From Faecousia sp. (GTDB taxonomy: Bacteria; Bacillota; Clostridia; Oscillospirales; Oscillospiraceae): a DNA stretch of 64,000 nucleotides. Shown in pieces: positions 9,996-22,650 of the stretch (the stretch's first letter is position 1; every line of letters begins with the position of its first letter). Below the pieces are notes generated by a model that was not told where the DNA came from, ran no database searches, and saw only the letters and a program-made list of their open reading frames with translations. The DNA lies in the NCBI GenBank assembly GCA_045605575.1, contig JAZUQE010000147.1, positions 10,672-74,671 on the forward strand, read 5' to 3'. The position numbers and the translations under genes are program-made.

Positions 9996-10423
9996 AATTT
10001 GAAAACTATATGATTTTGGAATTCCCAAGTAAATCTTCTAATGAGGCTTTCGCCAGGTCGTCGGTGGCCTGCTTCGCAGCACAGATGGATCCAACTATTG
10101 AGGAATTAGGGGACATTCGGACGGCAGTATCTGAGGCGGTAACCAATTGTATTGTCCATGCCTACCCGGATGCACTGGGGATCATCACTGTGCGATGCCG
10201 GATATTAAAGGATAATGTGCTGGATATTGTGATCAAAGACAGAGGAATTGGGATACCCGACCTGGAGCAGGCAAAAAAGCCCATGTTTACTACCGGAGGT
10301 GCGGACCGCAGCGGCATGGGCTTTACGATCATGGAGAGCTTTATGACCAGCTTTGAAGTATCCTCTCAACCCGGAAAAGGCACCAGCGTACATATGCGCC
10401 GGAAGCTGCAGCGCAGAAAATGA
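9992..10423 (+). CDS. spoIIAB: Anti-sigma-F factor / kinase
   Basis: NEAFAR, AVSEAVTNCIVHAY, RSGMGFTIMESFM. Confidence 0.96.
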   Translation: MKFENYMILEFPSKSSNEAFARSSVACFAAQMDPTIEELGDIRTAVSEAVTNCIVHAYPDALGIITVRCRILKDNVLDIVIKDRGIGIPDLEQAKKPMFTTGGADRSGMGFTIMESFMTSFEVSSQPGKGTSVHMRRKLQRRK

Positions 10424-11124
10424 ACAGGATAGAAGAACTGATCCGAAAAAGCCAGTCAGGCGACAGGGAAGCGGGAGAACTGCTGATCACAGAGAATGCG
10501 GGGTTGATATGGTCCATTGCCAAACGATTCCTTGGAAGAGGAACAGAGGCAGATGATCTGTATCAGTTGGGATGTCTCGGCTTTTTGAAGGCCGTGGAAG
10601 GTTTTGACTTGGATTATGGCACGCAGTTTTCTACTTATGCTGTGCCGAAGATTGCCGGGGAGATACGGCGATTTCTGCGTGATGACGGAGCGATAAAAGT
10701 TTCCAGAAGTCTGAAAGAGCAAGCTGTACAGATTAAGAATACAAGAAATCTTCTCGTACATGCTTTAGGCAGAGAACCTACGATCCGGGAGATTTCGGAG
10801 CATTCCGGTTTGACTGCGGAAGAGATCGCGTTGGCAGAAACTGCAACCGCCGCCACGGAATCGATACATAGAGAAAGCGGGGAAGACGGCTATACGCTGG
10901 AAAATATACTGTCGGATACGGAATCGGAAGAAACGATGGTTGAGAGGATCTCTTTGCGCCAGGCTATTGCGCACTTGCCGGAACGGGAAGCCATGGTGAT
11001 CAAGCTGAGATATTTTCACGGTCTTACACAGGAACGTGTATCCAGGATCCTTGAGGTGAGCCAAGTGCAGGTTTCACGTATTGAAAAGAAAGCTTTGAAT
11101 CTTTTAAGAAATCTAATGGAGTAA
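10420..11124 (+). CDS. sigF: Forespore sigma factor F
   Basis: DDLYQLGC.G..KA, FSTYAVP.I.GEIRRFLRDDG.IKVSRSLK, SQVQVSR; follows spoIIAB. Confidence 0.93.
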   Translation: MNRIEELIRKSQSGDREAGELLITENAGLIWSIAKRFLGRGTEADDLYQLGCLGFLKAVEGFDLDYGTQFSTYAVPKIAGEIRRFLRDDGAIKVSRSLKEQAVQIKNTRNLLVHALGREPTIREISEHSGLTAEEIALAETATAATESIHRESGEDGYTLENILSDTESEETMVERISLRQAIAHLPEREAMVIKLRYFHGLTQERVSRILEVSQVQVSRIEKKALNLLRNLME

Positions 11125-11195
11125 AAAATAGCTTTACCTTTTGAAGGATTTGGAGTAGAATAGGGGGAGATTAAAAAGTAAGATAGGTATATACC

Positions 11196-13601
11196 ATGAT
11201 AGATCAAATGCTTTCAAGATTTATTGCTGCTAGAAGGCAGTATATTACTTCCCAATTCTCCCACCTAAACGGCATGCAGCAGAAAGCGGTGCTTGCAACG
11301 GAAGGACCGCTACTGTTGCTGGCAGGTGCCGGAAGCGGAAAAACTACCGTGCTGATCAACCGGATCGCTAATTTGATACGTTTTGGCCGAGGTAGCGATA
11401 CTACGGAAGTGCCGGATACGATTACGGAGGATGAACTTATCTTTTTGGAGTCGCTTTCCGAGCCTCTTGCCGATTATGACCGCCACAGAGCAGATTATTT
11501 GTGTGCATTGGAGCCTGCAGTACCGTGGAGCATCCTTGCCATTACGTTTACGAACAAGGCTGCCAACGAGTTGAAAGAGCGGCTTGCTGCAATGCTTGGC
11601 TCCGGTGCAGAGGATATTTGGGCGATGACGTTTCACTCTGCCTGCTGCCGAATTCTGCGCAGAGAGATTGAACGGCTCGGTTATAGCAGAAGCTTCACCA
11701 TTTACGATGCTTCGGACTCGGAACGGATCATGAAAGACATCATTAAGGACATGGGTCTGGATGATAAGACTTTCCCTGCGAAATATGTTTTATCGGTGAT
11801 CAGCCGTGAAAAGGATAAGATGGTCATGCCAGATCAGCTTCTTGAGCGGGCTGAGGGAAGCAGTGATTACCGATTGCTGCATATTGCCCGGGCCTATGTG
11901 ATCTATCAAAACAGACTTAAGGAACATAATGCCCTTGATTTTGATGACATCATTTTCCGGACAGTTGAACTGCTGCGAGATAATGAGGATGTCCGCACAT
12001 ACTATCAGCGAAAGTTCAAGTATGTCTTGGTAGACGAGTACCAGGATACGAACTACATGCAATATTTACTGACTTCTCTGCTAGCCGGTGGTTATGGGAA
12101 TATCTGCGTAGTTGGCGATGATGATCAGAGTATTTACCGTTTTCGCGGCGCGACTATCGAAAATATTCTGAATTTTGAGAAGCAATATCGTGGATCGCGT
12201 ACCATTCGCCTGGAGCAGAACTACCGCTCCACGCAGTCGATTCTGAACGCGGCCAATGCAGTGATTGCGCATAACATAGGCAGAAAGGGAAAACGCCTGT
12301 GGACTGCCAATGTGCAAGGAGAGCCTATTACTGTTTACGAAGCCCAGGATGAAAGTGCGGAGGCAACTTTCGTAGCAGGTCAAATTATTTCCGGATCGAA
12401 GGGCAAAAATTTTAAGGATTATGCCATCCTATACCGCACCAATGCCCAGTCTAACGCACTGGAATTTGCCATGAAGCGCAATGGAATCCCTTACCGTGTG
12501 ATCGGCGGTATGCGCTTTTTTGACCGTGCTGAAATCAAAGATATGTTGTCTTACCTGTGCGTGATCAACAATCGAAGTGATGACTTGCGGCTAAAGCGGA
12601 TCATTAACAATCCACCGAGAGGGATTGGCGCGAAAACACTTGAAACTGCGGAACGATTGGCGCAAGCGGAGAAAAAGCCGCTTTACGAAATCGTTTCAGA
12701 TCCCTATTCCTACAATCCCCTGGAAAAAGCGGCACAGAAGCTGCTCCAATTCACAGTTATGATCGAAGAATTGGCTGCTATGCTTGATCAGGGTATGGCA
12801 TTGCCGGATTTTTATGATGCAGTGATTGCTAGGACAGGCTATGCGGCAATGCTTGAGGATAAGCCCACTGAAGAGAATATGACCCGATTGGAAAATATAC
12901 GAGAGTTAAAATCCAGTATTCAATCCTATGTGCAGAATGCGGAAGAGCCTACGCTTGCAGGGTTTCTGGAAGAAATTGCCTTGTATACGGATATAGAGCA
13001 GTATCATGAAGGCGACGATGCTGTAGTTATGATGACGATGCATTCAGCAAAGGGACTGGAATTCCCCCATGTGTTTCTCGTTGGATTTGAAGACGGATTG
13101 TTTCCGGGACTGCGGGCGATCGGTGAGATGGATGAGATGGAAGAAGAGCGGCGGCTTTGCTACGTGGCGATCACCAGGGCAAAGGAGAAGCTTACGATCT
13201 GTTATGCAAGGCAGCGTATGCTCTATGGCCGGACCAATGCGGCACTGCCTTCCCGTTTCCTTCGGGAGATCCCGGAGGATATGTTACTGCGAAAGGGCGG
13301 TTACCATGTGCCGTCCGAACATAGAAGCTACGTTTCGGGATCGATGAGCAATGACTTCCGGTCGGATGCCAGACGCTATGGCCAGTCGCGCGAGCAGAAG
13401 GTATATGGCTCAGTCGGCCAGACGGCCTACCTGGAGTTAAATAAGGGCGACATGGTCCAGCATACAGCGTTCGGCAGAGGCATGGTACTGTCCGTGATGA
13501 AAATGGGCGGCGATGCGCTGCTGGAGATCGCCTTTGATGAGATCGGCACTAAAAAATTGATGGCCAAAACAGCCTCTGCACACATGAGGCGACTGTCATA
13601 A
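11196..13601 (+). CDS. pcrA: UvrD/PcrA DNA helicase
   Basis: AGAGSGKT, DEYQD, GDDDQSIY, HSAKGLEF, EEERRL.YVAITRA. Confidence 0.96.
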   Translation: MIDQMLSRFIAARRQYITSQFSHLNGMQQKAVLATEGPLLLLAGAGSGKTTVLINRIANLIRFGRGSDTTEVPDTITEDELIFLESLSEPLADYDRHRADYLCALEPAVPWSILAITFTNKAANELKERLAAMLGSGAEDIWAMTFHSACCRILRREIERLGYSRSFTIYDASDSERIMKDIIKDMGLDDKTFPAKYVLSVISREKDKMVMPDQLLERAEGSSDYRLLHIARAYVIYQNRLKEHNALDFDDIIFRTVELLRDNEDVRTYYQRKFKYVLVDEYQDTNYMQYLLTSLLAGGYGNICVVGDDDQSIYRFRGATIENILNFEKQYRGSRTIRLEQNYRSTQSILNAANAVIAHNIGRKGKRLWTANVQGEPITVYEAQDESAEATFVAGQIISGSKGKNFKDYAILYRTNAQSNALEFAMKRNGIPYRVIGGMRFFDRAEIKDMLSYLCVINNRSDDLRLKRIINNPPRGIGAKTLETAERLAQAEKKPLYEIVSDPYSYNPLEKAAQKLLQFTVMIEELAAMLDQGMALPDFYDAVIARTGYAAMLEDKPTEENMTRLENIRELKSSIQSYVQNAEEPTLAGFLEEIALYTDIEQYHEGDDAVVMMTMHSAKGLEFPHVFLVGFEDGLFPGLRAIGEMDEMEEERRLCYVAITRAKEKLTICYARQRMLYGRTNAALPSRFLREIPEDMLLRKGGYHVPSEHRSYVSGSMSNDFRSDARRYGQSREQKVYGSVGQTAYLELNKGDMVQHTAFGRGMVLSVMKMGGDALLEIAFDEIGTKKLMAKTASAHMRRLS

Positions 13602-13623
13602 CTTTGAAATCGCGGCATATCCT
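13595..13623 (+). promoter_or_regulatory. Putative sigma-E promoter of yunB
   Basis: GTCATAAC-13 bp-CATATCCT, same geometry as the spoIIIA promoter in this window. Confidence 0.55.
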
Positions 13624-13640
13624 CCACAGGGGGGATCTGA

Positions 13641-16245
<2,605 letters not shown>

Positions 16246-16487
16246 AAACCGGGCTGCCGTTAGGCGAGTGCCGAATCAGAAAACATAGATTTTGTCCCAT
16301 AGCCAAAAGCTATGGGGCAAAACGGATTCTACGCCATTCATCTGGGATTTTTTTCTTCGGGACAAGGCATTTTTTTCGCAGTGCTACTTGGTGTAATACA
16401 AGAAAAAATAACGAAGTCCCGGAGAAAAAGGCCCGATGAAGGAGCTATGTTTTCTTATGAGGTACGAGCATATTAGCAGCCCGGTTT
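16246..16487. repeat. Nested inverted-repeat intergenic element (MITE/REP-like or structured RNA)
   Basis: Terminal IR AAACCGGGCTGC/GCAGCCCGGTTT; inner pairs AGAAAACATAG/CTATGTTTTCT, TTCATC(T)GGG/CCCGATGAA, TTTTTCTTCGGGAC/GTCCCGGAGAAAAA; extra hairpin at 16290-16322. Confidence 0.7.
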
Positions 16488-16490
16488 AAA

Positions 16491-16700
16491 TTATAAAGAA
16501 AAATCTTCTTCATCATATTTACGAAAATCCAAGGTTTTTGCCTTAGCGGGAACACGCTTACATGGATCATAGCAAAACTTTATGCATTTTCCATCAGAAG
16601 AAACGACACCTTTTTTTGCGCATAGTATCTGTCCGTCATCAACTTTTGTACCGTGGGCACAGTAGGCGCAGGACTTTTCCATCTTTTTCCGAAACAGCAT
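16491..16700 (-). CDS. Small Cys-rich hypothetical protein
   Basis: MLFRKK..CAYC..G...C.KKG....C.KF.YDP.KR.P; GGAG upstream; immediately downstream of ylbJ. Confidence 0.7.
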   Translation of the reverse strand: MLFRKKMEKSCAYCAHGTKVDDGQILCAKKGVVSSDGKCIKFCYDPCKRVPAKAKTLDFRKYDEEDFSL

Positions 16701-16723
16701 ACGCAATCTCCTTGTCTGTTATA

Positions 16724-17755
16724 TCATTCATTATACACCCGGATTTCTGGAAAATCTACTGCTTTTTTCTTTTTTACTGCGGCTTTTAAACTGCACAGTA
16801 TGATATAAGTACAAAAGAACAACAGTGAAGGTATGGTAATGAAAAAACCGTTCTCTGGGAAAAGAAAACAGGAGATTGTGACAGAAATTAGACCGGCGAT
16901 CACTGCTTGAAGGATTTTTCCAATTAGGTAGGCCGACAGGTTCATTCCATGGGTAACGGCTTGTGTCTGCTTGAGAACACAAATGCTTCCAAATGCTAGG
17001 AACATGGCACAGAGTATAAAACGAAGCTGCTCACTTGGGATTCGATGCAGAAACCAACAGCCGTTTGTCAGCTCCAGCATTCCTGTCAGAATTGCCTGTA
17101 TTGCAATTGGAAGAAACGGATACAACCATTTTTCCAGGTAAGCGAGCAGACACCGAAATAGAAGGATCCATCCACAAACGCTTGTGAGTGCGCGTATGGA
17201 GGTTTGCAGTGCTTGTGCTAATGTTATAGGCTTGCTGCTGCTTGGTAGTGAAACTGAGGGGCTGCTGTTATTTAGCAAAAAACCGGTCAACAATGCCGAT
17301 GCAATTTGTATCATCCAAAGCAACCAGGGAGCTGATCTGCTGGTAAAGAGCGTACTTGTGATGCCGAATATGAAGGAGGGACCGGCATTGCTGCAAAAGG
17401 ATAGCATTTTTTCGGCATCTTTTTTGGACAGATTTCCTGCTTTGCAGACCTGCGCGACACATTGCGCTCCGGAAGGATATCCGCTGAGAAATCCGGTCAG
17501 CAACAGACGGTCGCTCTGCCTGGATATATGGACAAAATTTCCAAGTGGTCTGAGAAATGAAAGATTTCCTCCTTCCAGACTGGAGGTCAGCAGAATAGAA
17601 AGAACAAATAAAGGAAAAAGCGATGGCACCACAACCTGTATGCACAGCTGTAAAGCATCGGCGACAGCACGGATCGCTGTCTGACTGTCCAGAATCATAA
17701 TTAGCATGCTGATACCTGCCAGAAAGGGCATATACCAAGTTTTCTTTTTCCTCAA
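16724..17755 (-). CDS. ylbJ: Sporulation integral membrane protein YlbJ-like
   Basis: VPSLFP, LSGYPSGA, FCSNAGPSF, G.LELTNG motifs; probable TTG start after GAGGTG. Confidence 0.85.
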   Translation of the reverse strand: MRKKKTWYMPFLAGISMLIMILDSQTAIRAVADALQLCIQVVVPSLFPLFVLSILLTSSLEGGNLSFLRPLGNFVHISRQSDRLLLTGFLSGYPSGAQCVAQVCKAGNLSKKDAEKMLSFCSNAGPSFIFGITSTLFTSRSAPWLLWMIQIASALLTGFLLNNSSPSVSLPSSSKPITLAQALQTSIRALTSVCGWILLFRCLLAYLEKWLYPFLPIAIQAILTGMLELTNGCWFLHRIPSEQLRFILCAMFLAFGSICVLKQTQAVTHGMNLSAYLIGKILQAVIAGLISVTISCFLFPENGFFITIPSLLFFCTYIILCSLKAAVKKKKAVDFPEIRVYNE

Positions 17756-17840
17756 TTTGATCACCTCAAAAGAATTTATGCGAGGCAATTGGCAAACATC
17801 ACGGATTTGTTCATACCATTTTCTAAAGGAGTGATGGATC

Positions 17841-18137
17841 ATGATGTTGCCTGAGTTCGTATGGAAACGCTTGTTTTCCTACGATGCTGTGAGTCAATCG
17901 CTGCCTGGAGTGCCGGTTGTAGAATTGGCGGGGGATAGGCGTGTGCTGATTGAGAATCATGAAGGTGTGGCAGAATATGGGGATCAAAGAATATGCATTA
18001 AAGTTGCGTTTGGCGTGTTATGTATGTACGGCCAGGAATTGACTTTGCGCTCCATGAGCAGGCATCAGTTGGTTGTTTGTGGCCTAATTGATAGGATTGA
18101 AATTCATAGGGAGGATGTGATCAAGCGTGATCGGTAG
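17841..18137 (+). CDS. yqfC: YqfC/YabP-family sporulation protein
   Basis: P.VEL.G...VLIENH.GV.EY; precedes yqfD. Confidence 0.85.
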   Translation: MMLPEFVWKRLFSYDAVSQSLPGVPVVELAGDRRVLIENHEGVAEYGDQRICIKVAFGVLCMYGQELTLRSMSRHQLVVCGLIDRIEIHREDVIKRDR

Positions 18138-19299
18138 CTATATACAGCTTCAACTCGTTTCTGCCGATTGTGCAGGTATTCTGGACATGTTGAACAGAGC
18201 ACGGATCCCAGTGTACGATGTGCGCTATAAAGATGATCTGACCCTTTCTTTTCGGATTTCTAATGCGGATCTAAGTAAGTGTCAGAAAATCATTTATAGG
18301 AGCGGCGGTAACCTTCGTATTATCGCCACTGTAAGTAAACTGCGGTCTGTATCTGGCTTGATCAAGCGGCCCGTCATGGTGTTTGGTTTGCTACTCGTAG
18401 CTATTCTGACATTTCTGTTGCCTACCAGGATCTTTTTTGTTAAGGTTGTGGGGAATGAACAGATCACCGATAGGCTAATCTTGGAAAGAGCAGAACTATG
18501 CGGAATTTCATTTGGTGCTTCCAGAAGAGGGATAAAAAGTGAGCAGGTAAAAAACCGCCTGCTGGAAGAGCTGCCGCAGCTGCAATGGGTTGGTGTCAAT
18601 ACATACGGTTGTACAGCGGTCATTTCGGTAAGTGAGCGAGAGTGTGAGGACAATATGCGAACAGGGCATGGAGTCAGTAGTATTGTAGCAGCCAGAGACG
18701 GCATTATTGAGTCCTGTACAGCAACGAAAGGTAATTTGATTTGCAAGCCCGGTCAAGCGGTAAAAGCAGGACAGGTATTGGTTTCCGGTTATACAGATTG
18801 TGGCCTCTCCATTCGGGCATCACAGTCAGAAGGGGAGATCTATGCGCAAACGATCCATGCCCTGCAGGTCTTTGTCCCTGCTGACTGGGATCAAAAAGGG
18901 GATTTAGAGACTGTACGGAAAAAATATAGCTTAATCATCGGAAAAAAACGGATAAATTTCTACAAAGATAGTGGAATTTTAGAGGGTACTTGTGATAAAA
19001 TGTACACGGAGTATGTCCTGACACTTCCGGGAGGCTTTCAGCTTCCGGTGGCACTTCTTGTGGAAGAGCAGACCTGGCGTAGTGTCAGACAGACAAGTGC
19101 ACAGATGCAGGATGTATCGGGGTTGGCGCAAGAGATCGCAGATAATTATTTGAATGCACAAATGATTTCTGGCAAGATCCTAAGCGCTAATCTTACAGAA
19201 GAATTGAACAATGGCGTATATGTGCTGAATGGAGCATATCGATGCTCTGAGATGATCGGCCGTGTGCGTAGTGAGGAGATCGTACAAGGAAATGAGTAA
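18127..19299 (+). CDS. yqfD: Sporulation protein YqfD
   Basis: WVGVN..G....I.V.ER, IVAARDGII, VKAGQVLVSG; synteny with yqfC and phoH. Confidence 0.88.
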   Translation: MIGSYIQLQLVSADCAGILDMLNRARIPVYDVRYKDDLTLSFRISNADLSKCQKIIYRSGGNLRIIATVSKLRSVSGLIKRPVMVFGLLLVAILTFLLPTRIFFVKVVGNEQITDRLILERAELCGISFGASRRGIKSEQVKNRLLEELPQLQWVGVNTYGCTAVISVSERECEDNMRTGHGVSSIVAARDGIIESCTATKGNLICKPGQAVKAGQVLVSGYTDCGLSIRASQSEGEIYAQTIHALQVFVPADWDQKGDLETVRKKYSLIIGKKRINFYKDSGILEGTCDKMYTEYVLTLPGGFQLPVALLVEEQTWRSVRQTSAQMQDVSGLAQEIADNYLNAQMISGKILSANLTEELNNGVYVLNGAYRCSEMIGRVRSEEIVQGNE

Positions 19300-20314
19300 A
19301 ATTGTGGAACGGTATGTAAGTGCTGATCGTGTTGAGGATCTGGTTAGTCTTTTCGGTTCTTTCGACGAGAATATGAAACGCATTGAAGAGAGCTTTTGCG
19401 TTAGCATTGTCAACCGGGGTACGGAATTAAAAGTGAATGGCAATGAGGAAGCGGTGGATCAAGCGGTAAGGACACTGGAAGGCCTGCTTTCGCTGGCTTC
19501 CAAGTCAGAGCAAATCGACGAACAACGTGTTCGGTATCTCATCACGCTTGTCAAAGAGGGAAACGATGCACAGGTGTCCCAAATGGCAAAGGATGTTGTC
19601 TGCATTACGGCAAAGGGAAAACCCATTAAGGCAAAGACTGTAGGCCAGCAGAATTACATGCGTGCGATCAGTCAAAATACGATTACCATTGGTGTAGGTC
19701 CTGCCGGCACCGGCAAGACCTACCTTGCTGTAGCTGCAGCAGTTGCAGCCTTTCGTGAACGGACGGTTAATAGGATCGTGCTGACACGTCCTGCTGTAGA
19801 GGCTGGAGAGCGCTTGGGATTTTTGCCGGGTGATCTGCAAAATAAGGTGGATCCTTATCTGCGTCCCCTTTATGATGCGCTATTTGACATGCTTGGCCCG
19901 GAGACGTTCCAGAAGTATCAGGAGCGTGGGTCGATTGAAGTAGCACCTTTGGCCTACATGCGTGGTAGAACGTTGGATGACAGCTTTATTATTCTGGATG
20001 AGGCACAGAATACAACATGCGAACAAATGAAAATGTTTCTGACCCGGTTGGGTTTCGGTTCCAAAGTTGTTATCACAGGCGACGTAACACAGATCGATCT
20101 GCCAAGTGACAAGGTGTCGGGGCTGAAGGATGCTGTTAGGGTCCTGGATGGCGTAAAGGACATTGCAATCTGCCGACTGACATCCGCAGACGTTGTCCGC
20201 CATGCGCTGGTGCAGGAGATCATCAACGCGTATGAACGCGCTGCGCAAAAGAATGAAGTAAAGAAAAATTCCGGTCAATTTCATGGCAGGTATCAGAGGA
20301 AGAGAACAGTATGA
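19292..20314 (+). CDS. phoH: PhoH-family ATPase
   Basis: GPAGTGKTYLA, RPAVEAGERLGFLPG, APLAYMRGRT, DEAQN. Confidence 0.95.
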   Translation: MSKIVERYVSADRVEDLVSLFGSFDENMKRIEESFCVSIVNRGTELKVNGNEEAVDQAVRTLEGLLSLASKSEQIDEQRVRYLITLVKEGNDAQVSQMAKDVVCITAKGKPIKAKTVGQQNYMRAISQNTITIGVGPAGTGKTYLAVAAAVAAFRERTVNRIVLTRPAVEAGERLGFLPGDLQNKVDPYLRPLYDALFDMLGPETFQKYQERGSIEVAPLAYMRGRTLDDSFIILDEAQNTTCEQMKMFLTRLGFGSKVVITGDVTQIDLPSDKVSGLKDAVRVLDGVKDIAICRLTSADVVRHALVQEIINAYERAAQKNEVKKNSGQFHGRYQRKRTV

Positions 20315-20817
20315 GTCAGAATATAAAAATAAATATCACTTTTGAAGTGTTTACGATCCGTCAGCCGTTTATCACAGGGATCATACAAAAGTGCGTTGAA
20401 ACCGTTTTAAAAGAGGAAAAGGTAAGCATACCTTGTGAGATTAATGTGCTGGTAACCAATGATTGCGGGATCCGGGCGATCAATAATGCCAGTAGAGGCA
20501 TTGATAAACCAACAGATGTACTCAGTTTCCCAATGTTTTCTTTGGAACCTGGGCAATTACCAGAAGATTGGGATGCGTATATGGATCCGGAAACCGAAAT
20601 GTGCCCCCTTGGGGATATGGCGATTTCTCTTGAGCGGGCAATGGCACAGGCTAAGGAATTTGGACATAGTGTGCGTAGGGAAGTGGGCTATTTGACGATC
20701 CATTCCGTCTTGCATTTACTTGGTTATGATCATTTGGATGAGGGACCTCAGAAAGCTGCTATGCGTAGCAGAGAAGAGGCGATTGCTGCGTGCATAAGCG
20801 GCATGAGCAGAGAATGA
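20311..20817 (+). CDS. ybeY: rRNA maturation endoribonuclease
   Basis: PTDVLSFP, HSVLHLLGYDH. Confidence 0.96.
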   Translation: MSQNIKINITFEVFTIRQPFITGIIQKCVETVLKEEKVSIPCEINVLVTNDCGIRAINNASRGIDKPTDVLSFPMFSLEPGQLPEDWDAYMDPETEMCPLGDMAISLERAMAQAKEFGHSVRREVGYLTIHSVLHLLGYDHLDEGPQKAAMRSREEAIAACISGMSRE

Positions 20818-20838
20818 TAGGTATACAGGAGAAGAATT

Positions 20839-21726
20839 ATGACGACAAAGACTGCTATGATCACCATTGCTGGACGGCCAAACGTAGGCAAGTCCACGCT
20901 GACCAATTATCTGGTAGGTGAAAAGATCGCTATTGTTTCCAATAAACCCCAGACAACAAGAAACCGGATCTGCGGTATTCTGACCCGTGAGAATACCCAG
21001 TTTGTTTTCGTGGATACGCCCGGTTTCCACAAGCCGAAGACTAGGCTCGGCGATTACATGGTCAATGTTACGAAGGATTCTATTGCAGATGTGGATCTGA
21101 CGATCCTAGTTGTAGAACCGATCCCTTCGGTAGGGCCCCAGGAAGAAGCATTGATCGAACAATTGAAAGGCCGCAAGTGTCCTGTTTTGCTGGCGATCAA
21201 TAAGATTGACACCGTAGAAAAGGACAAACTACTGGAGATCATCTCTGTCTATTCTTCTGCTTGTTGCTTTGAGGCGATCATCCCAATCAGCGCCAAGACT
21301 GGGGACGGAGTGGAGCAGCTGCTGAGTGTTTGTGAACAATTTGCGGTGGAAAGTCCGTTCCTGTTCCCGGAGGATTCTACTACCGATCAGCCTGAGCGAC
21401 AAGTTATGGCGGAGATCATTCGAGAAAAGCTGCTTTGGTGTTTGGATCGGGAGGTCCCTCATGGTACTGCGGTTGAGATCACAAAGTTTTCTGAACGTGA
21501 TAATGGAATTATTGACATTGATGCAACGATTTACTGTGAAAAGGCCAGTCACAAGGGTATCATTATCGGCAAGCATGGTGATATGCTGAAAAAGATCTCT
21601 ACCATGGCCCGTGCGGATTGTGAACGTTTTATGGGAACGAGGGTGTACCTGACCACATGGGTGAAGGTGAAGGAAAATTGGCGGGACAGTGATTTCTTAG
21701 TGCGTAACTTTGGTTACAGTGAATAA
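20839..21726 (+). CDS. era: GTPase Era
   Basis: GRPNVGKST, QTTR, DTPG, NKID, KH domain GIIIGK.G. Confidence 0.97.
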   Translation: MTTKTAMITIAGRPNVGKSTLTNYLVGEKIAIVSNKPQTTRNRICGILTRENTQFVFVDTPGFHKPKTRLGDYMVNVTKDSIADVDLTILVVEPIPSVGPQEEALIEQLKGRKCPVLLAINKIDTVEKDKLLEIISVYSSACCFEAIIPISAKTGDGVEQLLSVCEQFAVESPFLFPEDSTTDQPERQVMAEIIREKLLWCLDREVPHGTAVEITKFSERDNGIIDIDATIYCEKASHKGIIIGKHGDMLKKISTMARADCERFMGTRVYLTTWVKVKENWRDSDFLVRNFGYSE

Positions 21727-21780
21727 CTTCCATGGCTAATTCATGCATTGCCGGCACATCCTATCTCCGGAGGGATGAAG

Positions 21781-21924
21781 GTGAATGCACGAAACTATTG
21801 GATGATGTTCTTAGAAACCGGTGCGCCGGAGATTTATTTGCTGTACAATGAAGCACGCAGGATGGAGGATTCTGATGTACTTGACGATCCGGGGCTTAGT
21901 GCTTCGCGTCACGGATTACAATGA
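21781..21924 (+). CDS. yqzL: YqzL-family small protein (47 aa)
   Basis: Not in ORF track. GTG start, MNARNYWMMFLETGAPEIYLLYNE...; W..F..TG....YLLY motif; era-yqzL-recO synteny. Confidence 0.75.
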   Translation: MNARNYWMMFLETGAPEIYLLYNEARRMEDSDVLDDPGLSASRHGLQ

Positions 21925-22618
21925 TAAGGACGCCATGGTTACTCTATTAACGGAGGACCAAGGAAGGCTAGCCGTAAAAGCCAGAGGGTTGCGACGTAAG
22001 AACAGCCCTCTGGTCGCGCCATGTCAGCTGCTGGCCTTTGGGGAGTTTACTTTATTTGAGTACCGTGGCAGTTACACGATTAACGAGGCACATTCTTTGG
22101 CTTTGTTTCATCCACTACGCAAAGATCTGCTTAAATTGACTCTGGGTACTTATTTTGCGCAGGCTGCGGAGCTGATCTCCCAGGAGGACATGCCCAATAA
22201 AGAGCTACTATCATTGGTTTTAAATTGTCTGCATGCATTGGCGCATTTAGAGCTTCCGTTAGAGCAGGTAAAAGCGGTGTTTGAACTTCGATGTGCCTGT
22301 TTGGCAGGCTATACTCCAGATCTTTCCTGCTGTCATATTTGTGATAATGAAGTTCCTGACCGCTTTCATGTATCTTTGGGTGTGTTGGAGTGCTCACAAT
22401 GCAGGTCCTTGAACAGTGAGGGGATTCGTATGCCGCTGGAACCTGGAACACTGGATTGTATGAGATATATTGTGTATTGCAGCCCGAAGGCGCTGTTTCG
22501 TTTTTCTGCATCCATGCGCACTCTGAGCCAGCTATCACAGACCTCGGAAGTCTATTTGACCACACAGCTGGAAAAAAGCTTTCCAGCGCTGGATTTTTAT
22601 AAGTCTCTGTTGCTATGA
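21875..22618 (+). CDS. recO: DNA repair protein RecO
   Basis: GLVLR..DY...D..VTLLT...G, C..C/C..C zinc site; ATG 21875 after GGAGG. Confidence 0.92.
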   Translation: MYLTIRGLVLRVTDYNDKDAMVTLLTEDQGRLAVKARGLRRKNSPLVAPCQLLAFGEFTLFEYRGSYTINEAHSLALFHPLRKDLLKLTLGTYFAQAAELISQEDMPNKELLSLVLNCLHALAHLELPLEQVKAVFELRCACLAGYTPDLSCCHICDNEVPDRFHVSLGVLECSQCRSLNSEGIRMPLEPGTLDCMRYIVYCSPKALFRFSASMRTLSQLSQTSEVYLTTQLEKSFPALDFYKSLLL

Positions 22619-22650
22619 TGTAATGTTACTTAGTGATTTAGGAGAATACC

